NCBI RefSeq assembly: GCF_009914755.1
Contig: NC_060946.1
DNA from: the human T2T-CHM13v2.0 reference genome, Homo sapiens
Strand: one strand, 5' to 3'
DNA: 64,000 nucleotides
A program made the translations under genes and the position numbers. Shown piece by piece: positions 38,400 through 50,710 of the stretch. Within the stretch, counting starts at the first letter, position 1, and each line of letters opens with the position of its first letter. The notes beneath the pieces were generated by a model that saw nothing but the letters and a program-made list of their open reading frames with translations, was not told the DNA's origin and searched no databases.

Positions 38400-41300
38400 T
38401 CCACTCCCGCTGCCCTGCCTCCCAGATCGCTGTCAGGCTGGACAAGGGCACCAAATGGCCCTCAGTGCAGATTTGGAGAATGTGTACTGGGCACCAGCCT
38501 TGGCAGGTTTCACGGATCTCTGCACTCATCCTTTCCTGGGTGGTCTCAGTCACTGCCAGGGGAGCCAGTGGCCTCACCTTACCAATGGAGAAACTAAGGG
38601 GTGCATGCCCATGGCCCTGCCCGGGTGCTCCCAGCATGAAGGGGCTGTCCAGGGCTGGGACTCCGGTCTGGCCTCATTCTCTCTTTGTCTACCCTGCTGC
38701 CCTCCTCCGTCTGTGTGTGGTGTCCTGAGCTGGGACTATGCCATCTGTGTCTTTGGGGAGGTCCCCTGCACCCTGGCCAGGAGCTGAGGGAGCTTTCCAC
38801 CTGCAGGGATCCTTCACTGTGTACCCTTGGCTGGCTCCAAAATCCTTCTCAGGGGAGCAGAGTGGGAGCAGGTGCCCCAGTCAAGTCTTCCAGGAGCTGT
38901 CGCCCCAGACACATCTGAATACTGGCCACCTGGAGCCCTCAGAGTCCCTGGTCCACAAGGGAGAGACGGGCTGGCTTCTGCGTGCCACCTTGCTCACTCC
39001 TGGTTAACTCTGCGTGCCGGCCTCACAAGGCTGACCATACAGGGCGGCTGCTGGCCCCGGAGCTCCTGCGGGTGCATCCTCATTGGTACGTCCTTCCTGG
39101 TCCTTACAAGAAGAGACAATGTCCCTGAGTGCATTTGCATGTCGATCACGCTGCCATTATGTATCTCGGAGTTTTCATCGTGAGAAGAATGAGTTAATCA
39201 TGTTGTATATACTGAATAGACTTAGAAAGATTGCAAGACGGCACTTTCATTGGAAGAGGGGAATTAGTTTAAAAATATGCTGTCAAAATATGTTGTTCTA
39301 AATGCTGAGTTGATGGTTCTTTTGTTTTGCTTTGTTTCTTGAATGTGTCATTAGAAAGAATTAACAATGACATCAACTGTGAGATGGGACTGCATTTCCT
39401 CTGAAAGGGGGAGGATATTGAGTTGTCCTTGGGATTTTCTTTAAGTGATTCCTTTCCCTTAATATATTATATCTCATGATGAGGCCCACTATAACTTTAA
39501 TTTTTCCATTTATTGAAAGTCAGATGTGTGCATTTGGAGAACTCAGATGTAAGGGGCTTCATTGTAACAGCCCCACCCAGTGCCCCGTGGGCCCTTGCTG
39601 GCCTCCCCTGGGCCAATTGACCAGGCCATGTGGTTCACCCTCTGGAGGCTGTGGCTCTGGGGCAATGCTAGAGTCAGAGGCGACCCCGTGGCACTCCCTG
39701 TGGCTGGCCGTCACTTCCTCCTCTGTAAATGTCAAGGTCCACTTAGACCCCAACTGCAGCCCAGGCCTGGGGGGTCTCTGAGATCTGCACTCAACCAGTT
39801 CTTACAGCGCAGCTGGTACTCCTGTGTTTCTGAATGGATGAGCAGCTATGGTGTCGCCTGGCACCTGCTTATAGGGCAGGGCAAGGCCAGGGCAGCAGGG
39901 GTGAGGGGCAACGGGACCGTGGACAGTGAGGCGGACTCCTGAGCTGTTGCAGCTGCCCAGAGACAGCCGGCTACTCCCCGTGCACGGCCTCCAGATGGGA
40001 ACGTTCAGGAAGGACATGGTGCACAGTCCTTGGGGCACAGAGACAGGCCAGGTTCTGACTTCCAGCTTCCTTCCAGCTCTTGTAAGTCTGCCTGGAAGGG
40101 AGGTGAGGTCCCACCACAGCACCTGTTGGAAGCCCTGTGGGAAGCCGCATCCCACCCAGGCTGGAAGTGGCAGGAGGATCCGGGGCTCTGTGGGCCTCTG
40201 CCCTAGCTCAGACCCTTCCTGGGTCAGCCTCTGTCGTGTGGTTGAGGGGAGCAGCTGTGGGTCCGGCGATGGTGGCCGGGAGGTCAGAGGGAGGTGCCTG
40301 AGATGCGCCGGGTGTTTCACGGGTAGGTGGAGCCCGGCGCGAGGCTTCAGGCCCGTGTTACATGCCAGCAGCCGTAACAGGTGCAATCCCGCCTTCCCAG
40401 GCGCGCTCTTCTTCAGGCACTTCTGAGATGCACTTTTACTACTTGTTCTCCTCTCTGGAATCGGGAATGTCATGTGACCCTTGGTGCAGGGCACCAGACA
40501 GGCAGATGAAAGCGGCATAGACAGAGCTGGCTTGGCCGCCTGGGCCCCCCGGGGCCCCCCGGTGCCTGTCCTCTCCTCCTCCACAGGCCCCGCGATGGCT
40601 CTGATGGCGTCGATGATGCTGATTCTCAGTTAAGGACGCTGAAGTTCGGAGGTGCCGGAAACCCGTGAATCAGGAGCCTGGTGTGGTCCTGGTACCTGAC
40701 AAGCTTCGAGCGGAGTGAGATGGGAGTGGGCCTGGGGGCTGCTGCAGAGTTGCGGTGAGGACTCCAGTAGGGCCTTGGGGCATGAGTCGGTGCCACCTGG
40801 GTGCATCGTGTCTCCAGGAAAGGGGTCTGCTCTGGGGGTCCATTCCCCGATGCCTGTGTATAGCCAAGGCCATAGTGAGGAGGCACCCCTGGAAGGGCAG
40901 CCCCTGCAACCCAGCACCTCTGCACCCTGCACTGGCTGCCTGCAGCCACTGCACCCAGCCCTGCCACACTCCTTCACGGGGCCCAGCTCCCATCAAGGGT
41001 GGTCTTCACCCCCTAGGAGCCTAGGGTTGATCCCAGGAGTCTGAGCCTGTGCACCTGCCCCACCTGTGATGTGGCCTCGGGGACTGTGGTTTGTCAGGTG
41101 CTTAGGGAGTTTGTGTAATTAACCAATGCTTTGAGTCAACAAAGACATAGTGTGAGTATGATTGCAGGTCAGCACTGTGGAAAGAGCCAGGAACACCCTG
41201 GAAGCGGAGTGGCCTCAAGTGTGCGTGCAGGGCCGGTGGGCGGGGCCCCACTCAGCAGCTGTGCGCTTGCACCAGGAGCACTGGGGGAGAAGCTGGGGGT

Positions 41301-41638
41301 CTGTGGAGCCCCTGACCTGCCTTTGCTTTCCTTGGGGCCCAGAGGCCCTGCTCTGGGAGACACAGTCCCATTGTGACCTGGAGAAGGGAGGGGTAGCAGG
41401 GAGACAATGAGGGGGTACATTTCAGCTGAAGGCCCAGCCTGGGGAAAGGCTCAGGCAGGTGGGGTGCATGGGGCACAGGGTAGCTGCCTGATGGGGGCTT
41501 GCCCTTGAGGGCACTAGAACCCTCTGAGGGGCCCTAGCAGGGCAGTGACTGCTTAAACCACCTTCACATTTGAGAACTCGCTCTGGCGCTGCATGCCTAG
41601 GACCTGGGTAGAGGCAGAAAAATCAAGGTGGAGGCTGT

Positions 41639-42168
41639 TGAGGGTGTCCAGGCAGGAGATGAGGGTGTCCAGGCAGGAAATGAGGATGTCCAGGCAGGAG
41701 ATGGGGGTGTTCAGGCAGGAGATGGGGGTGTCAGGCAGGAGATGAGGGTGTCAGACAGGAGATGGGGGTGTCCAGGCAGGAGATGGGGGTGTCCAGGCAG
41801 GAGATGAGGGTGTCCAGGCAGGAGATGAGGGTGTCAGGCGGGAGATGGGGATGTCAGGCAGGAGATGAGGGTGTCAGGCAGGAGATGGGGATGTCAGGCA
41901 GGAGATGGGGGTGTCCAGGCAGGAGATGGGGGTGTCCAGGCAGGAGATGGGGGTGTCCAGGCAAGAGATGGGGGTGTCAGGCAGGAGATGGGGGTGTCCA
42001 GGCAGGAGATGGGGGTGTCCAGGCAGGAGATGGGGGTGTCAGGCAGGAGATGGGGGTGTCCAGGCAGGAGATGGGGGTGTCAGGCAGGAGATGGGGGTGT
42101 CCAGGCAGGAGATGAGGGTGTCCAGGCAGGAGATGGGGGTGTCAGGCAGGAGATGGGGGTGTCCAGGT
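41639..42168. repeat. Minisatellite, ~25 copies of 20/21-bp gatgggggtgtc(c)aggcagga
   Basis: Direct count of units. Confidence 0.95.
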
Positions 42169-45100
42169 GGGATTCCAGGGGTCTCCGACCAGGCTGAACT
42201 GTGGAAGAATCAGGATTTTCCATAGAGACAGGATGATGGGTTGGGTGTGTGGACGGGGAGGGTGTGTGGTCAGGCCCCTTCAGACCTCCATCCTCCCATG
42301 GGTGCTCTGGGAGTGGTTGTAGCCCTTGAGTCACAGCGAGCCTGGAAGGCACATGTGGAGGAAAACTCTGGAAGAAAGAGCTTCCAGGTGGGAGTTGGGG
42401 CATCTGGGACAACCCTTCTCCCTTCACAGGGTGTTGGACACCCCCTGAGGACTAAGCTCATGGATGCAGGGGCTGTGGGCCCTCTGGACACCCCCTGAGG
42501 ACTGAGCTTGTGGCTGCAGAGGCCGTGGGCCCTCTGCTTTGTGGGGCTGGGCTGAGTAGGGTGAGGGAAGCCCTGGCGTCTGCAGACCCTCCTGTACTGA
42601 TGACCTGTACCACCTGCTCTGTCTCCATGGCGACTCGAGGAGGAGGAGGCTGGGCCTGCATCACCTCCATTTTTGCATGCATGAGAACTTGAGTGTAAGT
42701 CTCCTCTGCTCCCCTCCTGTGACATCCGAGCATGGTCGTCTGACAAATGGGGCATCAGGAGTCTTGGTGCTGCCTGTCCCTGAAGTGCCTTTCTGAGAAA
42801 ACACAGAGTGAAGGAACCTCTGGAGGGCACAGGGGCCATCACCTGCTGGAGCCCAGAGAAGGAATGCACCGGGCACTGTCGTGGGGCCGGCATTCAACTG
42901 AAAGGATTGGCTTCGAGTCTTGGCTGACCACTGGATACTCTGGCCAGGGACCTTGGGATGGTTCAGGGGAACCTGCTGCAGGTTTACAGAGAGAGAAGCT
43001 GAGGCCCAGAGTGGAAAGCAGGTGGACAGGGCTCCTCCCGTCTCCTCCCCTGCTAGAGGGTGGGCAAGAAACCAGCGCTCCCCTGGCTCCCTCCCTTCCC
43101 ATCCCTTCTGCTTGGCGACCCTCCTCCAATGGGCTCCCGTCTTTCCTGTCCAACTGTCCATGTCACATGGGACCTGCTGTCTTTGGGCCGGGAGTCATAG
43201 CCACCTGGTTCACACCTGACCCCCAGGCCCACCCCTTCAGGGGGCCGGTGGCAGAGGGAGTTCCCAGGAGTGAGGTTTGGGGCAGGAGAGGCGACCCCAG
43301 TGCGTGTGGCTATGGGCTTCGACAAAGCAGGGGAGAAATGTCCCTCGGGTTCCAAATGAAAGTGGCTGAGATGTCACAGTGACATGACAGACTGAGCTTC
43401 CACTGTACAGGGACCCCCTGTGCAAAGTGGTGCCCCTGCCCGCCCCGACCCCAGCCTTGTTAGGGGACTGGCCACACTCACAGACATGCCAGCCGGCAAG
43501 AGCTGGTCATGGGTGTGTGGACCGTCTCAGGGAATCAGTCAGAGGTGGCTGGGGTAGCCAGGAGCCACCACACTGCCTGCCGACGTGGCTGGGCCTGTTT
43601 CAGATCCAGGAAGTGTGGGTCTGCATGGGGAACCTTCTGCTTTTGTGATGAGCTGAGCGGCCCCTGGCCAACCCTTTCGGCCTTGCATGGAGCTCAGATG
43701 TGTGGCCGCAGGAGCTGAGCCCCAGTCCCAGGCTTGTCCTGCCCTGGCTCTGCCTCTTGGGAGCCTGTCCTGGGCAGGGTGGGGCTGTGATGAAGACTGG
43801 GCAGGTGAAAGCTCTGGGGCACCGGCCTGCCTGTCCCCTTCCTGGAGCGGACAGTGAGAGGGGCTTTCTTGCAGACAACGTGAGTCTTGCGGCCTCTGCA
43901 GGTGGCTCCTGACACCCGCCCCGGTGCCCTGTGGCCTGGGATCTGGCAGACTTCGAGGTCCCTGAGGCCACAGTGGGTCTTCCCTGCAGGTGCAGTCGAC
44001 ATGTGGGTTACTGACTTGGTTTGGCATTGGCGTCAGGTTGGGGTAGCCGGCCTGCACCCCTAAGCTTACCGGCTTTGTGCAGGGGACTCTAGCCTGGACC
44101 CTCCCTTCCTCGCCTGCAGGAGAAATGCCTTTAGACCCCCAGCGCGCCCTCCTGCTGAGCTGTCAGTCTCGCGCCAGAGACCACATGCCTCTTGGGAACA
44201 GAAAGGGGTTCGTACAGGGAGGTTGTCTGGGACTGCCCCCAGGACTGCACTCTCTAATCCTGGGAGGAGAGGCTGGGAGGCTGACCCTGGAGGAAGAGAC
44301 AGCAGGTGCCTCCCACCCCCCAACTCCCCCGGAAGGACGGACGGGCCTGGCAGGGCAGGAGAGGGTGGACGTCCCACAGCCAGGAACAGCCAGGCACACC
44401 ACGGACAGGACTTCATGCCCAGCACATGCCGGCACAGCTGGTGACGCTTCTGGGTCTGATTCTGCAGCTGAGCTCCCGTTTCCTGTCTGCACAGCTGGTC
44501 ACTGTGCATCCAGAGGAAGGTGGGTGGCTCTCTCCCGAGCCCTGCTCCTGTGCACCCCGCCTGCCTCTTCCGGACGAGGAACCCCTTGGTGCTTTCTGTT
44601 CTCTGATGAAGAGGAGGGATCTCCTTGCCTTTTCTTCTTCTCAGAACCATGATAAGCTTGGCTTCCAGGGGTTTTTCTACAGAGATTATGCAAATGTGGC
44701 CCTCGCCTCCAGGGCTGCCCAGCCAGCACTCTTTAGGAGATTACGGAGGCCGCACGTCTAATCTTCACCATATTTGCCTTTTATTTACTCCGCACCTTTT
44801 CAGGCTGTGGTCAGCCCTGACAGCTCGGATCTTTCCGGTGAGGAGTACATGTTGGAAACACGTATTTCATGTTCTCAGGAGACCATTTCCCTCCTGCTCA
44901 ATCCCAAGGCTGTTCATGTACCCAGCAAGGATTTATTGTGTCTTCAGGATAGTCTCTTTGTGTATTTTGGTCTCAGGTTTTAAAATATTGGGATCAGTCA
45001 ACGATTACGCACTGTCGCTGGTGGGGTTAGTGAGGCAGGTGGGATGGGAGACCTCAGGCTGCAGACACTATAGTCACGTCCAGCATCTGCCCTGCTGCAG

Positions 45101-46569
45101 GCATAGGGTGTGGCCCACCCAGTCGCTGGGGGCCTCTAATGCAGCCGCCATCTCACACGTGGCTTCCAGGTCACCATGAAAGGGGAAGAAGAGGAGGATG
45201 GCACAGGAGGTCAGGCCTGGAAGGACCCGGGCCACTTCTGCCTGAAATCTTTCAGCAAGGAATGGTGCCCCTGCCCCGGCTCCCATCGGGAAGACGGGCT
45301 GGGAGCATCTGAGGAATGAGTCCTAGGATTTGGAGGACACAGGACACACACTGTCTTTGCAACAGGGAGATCATATCTTCTCCATGTCCAGGGTGAGAAA
45401 GTTGAGGCCAAGAGACATCCAGACACTTGCCAAGGTCCCACCGCCTGTGGGTGGTAGAGCTTGAAGTGAGCGCAGGGTGCTGAGTCCCCAGGCTGTTCCC
45501 CTAAATGCTGCCAGGGGACGGGGGTTTGCTGACAGGTGCGGGCGGAGGTTCCCCTGTGCAGTGTCCTTCTGGGAGCAGAGGCCCTGGGAGCACCCCCTGG
45601 GAGGCCTGTGCCTGCTGCCGCCCAGCCTGATGGAGTGGCCGGGGTCTGAGGAGGTGGCCCTGAGGAAGGGTGAGGGGACCGGCGGTGATTAGGGTGCAAG
45701 GAGCAAAGAATAGAAGTCTCATCGATGCCCTGGTCTCCCGTTAGGTGTGAGGGGGAGGGGTGCAGCCGTCAAACCTTTGGCTCTCACCTGGGACCCCAGA
45801 ATTGTGGTGTCCAAGCCCTGTGTCTGCAGAAGGCGACCCCAGCACAGCTGGCACAGAGGTGGCAGGGGTGGCACAGGGTGAGGACTCCAGGGCAGGCCCC
45901 GGTGGGGCTCTCTCAGCACGAGGTCTTCAGCGTCTTGGCCTCCAGGCTGCAAGTCTGACGTCCAGCTAGGGCCTTGCCCATCAGAGATGTCAGCAGGATG
46001 TATTTTGGTCATTTGAGTCAAAGCTGGATCCCACCACATTCTGAAACGCCAGGAAGGGGTCACACCCCAAGCAGTGAGGCCCTCAGGAGATGGCTGTAGA
46101 AAGATCTGGAAGGGAATGGGAGAAGGACACCCTAGGGCCCCTTTCCCAACTCGAGGCCACCCTCTGGGCATCTTGGTCCCTGGCCAGAATGAAATTTCGC
46201 AGTGAGCTGTTGCCCAGAGAAGGACATTTTCGCATTTCCCCAAACCTTTTTTTTCCTTTTCCCACCTGTCCTTTCTTGCTGTACAGAGAAGCCAGTGTCC
46301 AGAAATATGAGAAAATGGGGAAGCAGCAGCCGTGTGGCTGGATGACAGCTGTTTTCACCACGTTTGGTGGAAAGGATGAGCCTGGCACATTGTGGAGGGC
46401 ATGGGCCATGGTTTGTGGGGTCATAGTGGGTCAGCACCCCAAAGTTAGCAAGGACCCCTTAGCATCTGCATTTCCTGGAGCTGGGCTGATGACATGGAGA
46501 AGGAACTCTCCTTTCAGGAGAGCCCACACGGTCTCCTTCCATTGCTACCCTCACAGCAGAGGCAAGAAT

Positions 46570-46850
46570 ACAGGTGAGGCAGGGCCAGGCAGGTGAGGGG
46601 TGACAGGCAGGTGAGGGAGGTCAGGCAGGTGAGGGGGGCCAGGCAGGTGAGGTGGGTCAAGCAGGTGGGGAGGCAGGCAGGTGACATGAATAAGTCAGGT
46701 GCGGTGGGTCAGGCAGGTGCAATGAGTAAGTCAGGTGAGGTGGATCAGGCAATTGCGGTGGGTAAGGCAGGTGAGGGGAGTCAGGCAGATGAGGGCTGAT
46801 AGGTAGGTGAGGGGCCAGGCAGTTGAAGTAGGGCAGGCAGGTGAGGTGGG
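46570..46850. repeat. Degenerate G-rich repeat of CAGG/CAGGTGAG units
   Basis: CAGGTGAG at 46571, 46590, 46608, 46626, 46644, 46732, 46768, 46838. Confidence 0.8.
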
Positions 46851-47879
46851 GCCGGGCGTTCCTCCGGGGGTCTGCAGAGGGCTCCCACGGGGGTAACCCT
46901 GCATGGCCAGCTCTAGGACTGAGGAGTGTGGAGGCAGAGAGGAGGGGCCGTGTCAGCTGAGCAGCAGGTCCAGGACAGCCTGGGTGGGTGGACAGGGCAG
47001 GCTGGAGGGCAGGGCCTGAGGGAGGCTGCAGTTGAGCCCACAGGGCCCTGGAATGTGCCTGTGCCCGGAGCCAAGCAGCTCCTCCTCCAGCTTCACTTCC
47101 GGGAATATCTCCTCTAGGTGCTTGCTGGGGCCGCCCTGCGGGGGTGTGGGGAGGTTGAAGGAGAGGCTGCGCCCCCTCCACTGTCCTTTACCCTGGAACG
47201 GGGGGAGGGGGAGGCCCGGCTCTCCGGCGGGCACCGCGGGCGCACCTGCACTGAGAAAGCGGGCTCTGCTGCAGGTCAGGGACACGGGGCTGGGAGCCGC
47301 AGGAGCAGCTGCGCTCAGCGACTGTGGAGGCTTGGCCGTGGAGGGATGGAGGTCGGTGCCCATTGTTTGTCTTGGGGGTCCTGGAGGCTGAGCTGCAGCC
47401 TCAGCACAGACGCCTTAGCTCCTCTGTCCTCTCCTTTTCTTCCTAGTTCTACTGGCCACTCGTGGGTCCCCAGCCAGCTCTGTCACCCCAGCCAGCGAAC
47501 AGGGAACATTCCGGAACATCACCTCTCCCCAGCCTTGGGCAGCCCCTCCCCAAGGCTGGGCCCTGGGGCCTCTCACCCTGGGATCCCAGCCCAGCAACCC
47601 TTACCTGGGAACGTTCTGCTGTGCACAGGGTGTCTTTCCAGGGGAGGTGGAACCTTTATACAGGTTTTTATGCAAATGATCACCCCACCACTGTAGTATG
47701 TGTGTGTGACTCTTAAAAGTGTGTCTTTTCATCCACACACACACAGTCACACTCCCACACACTGTGACCTGCACATGAGTGTGCATGTAAGATGCACATT
47801 TACAAATAATACCTGCACAGGAGTGCGTCAACAGAGGATGTGATGGCCTTAGAAGAAATGTCTGACTTCAGTATTACAC

Positions 47880-48480
47880 GGGTGTGTATATGTCACAGAT
47901 GAGCATTGAACACAAACATGTACACAGTCTGTGTTGCTATACGCATATGTGTAGGTGTGAGCACACTGCACACGCAATGTACACGTTCACACAGGCACAT
48001 GTATGAGCACTCGTGCCTTTGTGTGCGCACAAGCTGTGTGGGTATATGCATATGTGTAGATGCAAGCATGCTGCACACACATCACACATGGTCACACCGG
48101 CACATGTGATGAGCACTCATGCATACATGTGCACACAGGCTGTGTGAGTATATGCATATATGTAGGTGCAAGAATGCTGCACACACATCACACACACAGT
48201 CACACCGGCACATCACACGCACGGTCACACTGGCACATGTATGAGCACTCATGCGTGTGTGCACACAGGCTGTGTGGGTATATGCATATGTGTAGATGCA
48301 AGCATGCTGCACACACATCACACACGGTCACACCGGCACATGTATGAGCACTCGTGTGTGTGCACACAGGCTGTGTGGGTATATGCATATACGTAGGTGT
48401 GAGCACACTGCACACACATTACACACATTTGCACAGGCACGCGTATGGGCACTCATGCATGGCTGCACAGGGGCACACAC
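47880..48480. repeat. Diverged ~103-bp tandem repeat rich in CA/TG alternation (~5.5 copies)
   Basis: gagcactc...gcacacaggctgtgtgggtatatgcatatgtgtag at ~47901, 48005, 48111, 48243, 48346, 48447. Confidence 0.85.
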
Positions 48481-50479
48481 AGACACACCCCCCCCAGGAG
48501 TGCCCGTGTTGTCGAGCCCCCGCCACAGAGCTGCACCGCCGCTTGGTGCCGCATGCAGCGAGTTCCCGCATGGGTTGGTTTTCGTCTCCTGAAACTAATT
48601 TGGCAGAAGCAAGTGTCCATATGTAGGTGTGGGTCTCTGTCTTCATGCGTCCCCCATGCCCCGACACACACACACGTTTCCATTAATTAGCAGGGACTTG
48701 GAAACCTACCGTCCCCGGCTCAAGGCAAATGCCAGCAGTCCCGGGTTTTTGTGGGGCAACATAGAGGGAGAATTGTCTATCAGAGGGCTTTCCTCTCGGC
48801 AAGCCGGGAAACAAGTGGATGTCCTTTGTGCGCCAACAAGTTATATGTCCATAAAAGACGAGCCCGGAGAGGCAGGCCGTCCTTTCAGCCCTGACAGCGT
48901 GTCAGCACCGGGAGCCGGCGCGGGTGGGTAACGAGCGCGCACCGCCCGTGGAGGAACATATGGCTCAGGCGTGCGCCGTGGCTGACGAGTTGTCAGGAAT
49001 TCATGGCAGGGCTTGTTTTGCCAAACATTTCACTATGGAGGAACAAGGACTCCAACCTGGTTATCAAAATTTGACATTTCGAAACCGCCTGAAGAATTTT
49101 TAACTATTGGGTTTCCATGTCAACAGCATGCCTGTCTTCATCTGCGGCCAAGGCTTCCGGCTCCCTGTGCCCTGTGCTGCGGGGAGGACAGAGTGCCTTT
49201 GTTTGCAGCCACCCATGGGCACAGGCGGCGCGCACACACATGCACACGGCAGTGGCTTTCTGTGCTCCAGGAGGGTTTACGCTGGGGAAGGGAGGAGCTT
49301 CACATCTGTGTGTGGAGGAGTGGCTGGGAGCTGCCCCACAGACCCGAGGCAGCCCCCGGACACCCTGGCACTGGCTGGGCGATGGCAGCGGGGCCTGGCT
49401 GGGCTGCAGCTGGCTGAGTTCTGTCGTCTGCAGAGGAGCAGGACCTGGGACGGGGGCTCCCTCTGGACGTGGCTGGCCTGGGTGCCTCTCCTTTAGGAGC
49501 TCTTAGTGATGGGTGTGGTCAGGAGGAATGCCACCCCAAACAAAAACCCCCTCGGCCTCCCGGTCTGGCAGGAATTGGGGAGGTCCCGCTGACTTGAGCC
49601 AGATGGCTTGGTGCTGGCAGAGGCCCCGATGGAACGGATTGTTCTGTGGCTCTCGTTCCTCTGCCTTTGAGACACCCGGGGTGGGGGCAGGGTGGGGCGG
49701 GGGAGGCCGGTGCTGCCACCACATGGCCCGGCTCCCTGGGGACCTGAGGACATGAGGTTCCCGCTCTGTTCTTGGTGCATTTCCAGGCAAGATCGTCATC
49801 GTCTGGGAGAGACGGGGTCTGGCCATGGGAGCTCAGGGTGGCGTTCCCCACTCCTCCATCCACTCTAGACCAGGGATGCCAGGGACAAAACCCCAGGGCA
49901 GGCCATGTCTGTGTGCCAGGAGGCATGTGGGCAGAGGATGGGGCTTGGTTTCAAATCTGGGCCCTGCCACTTACTGACTCAGCATGCGGCCCTGGCCAGC
50001 CTGGCCTCTCAATCCCAGCCCACAGGTCCCACAGTTGGATAAGGCTCCTGGGAGGACCCAGAAGCTGGCAGCAAGGAGCTCCCGATGAGTGTCAAACCAA
50101 ATGCCATGGCCTCCTTCTTGTTTCAGGGGGAAGCCCAGCCCAGCAGGCACTGCAGCCAGGGTCCTGCAGCTCTCCCTGGGGCCCTGGAGGCCCCTTTCTG
50201 CTCCCCTGTCAGAGCGCCCAGCCCAGCAGCCTAGAAGGCCCCACGGTGTCCCCAGACTAAGCCAGGCTCCTGCCGGAGTGAAGAGAGCAGGAGAGGCCTT
50301 GGGCAGACCCTGTACCCCTGGTTTCCTGAGGCCTCTCTGGCTGATGGTGGGGATCAGGCTGAGGGTGTAGGGTCAGGGTGAGGGGGTGGCAGGGGCACGA
50401 TGCCTTCCATTCCCCCGTGGGCCATTTGGCGTGGGGATGCCATGGATCCAGGCAGTGCACGGACCTCTCTGTCACCAGC

Positions 50480-50710
50480 GCACGGTCAGCTCCACGCCCC
50501 TTCCTGAAGGCAGATTCAGGTGTGGATGCTCCGGGTTTTAGGCCGAGTGGCCTGCTTTTATATTGCCAGGAAGCTAAGGATGGTTTTAATCATCTTAAAG
50601 GGTTATAACAAAAAAAGAAAAATACGTGAAACCACCGAGATGGCCCGGGGCTGCAGAGCCGAAAATATTGACTACCTGGCGCTCTACCGAAAGTCGCTGC
50701 CAGCTCCTGG
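50480..50710. mobile_element. MER58 (probably MER58C) hAT-Charlie DNA transposon
   Basis: gaagctaaggatggtttta...gccgaaaatattgactacctggcgctctaccgaaagtcgctgccagctcctg matches the MER58 3' end. Confidence 0.7.
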
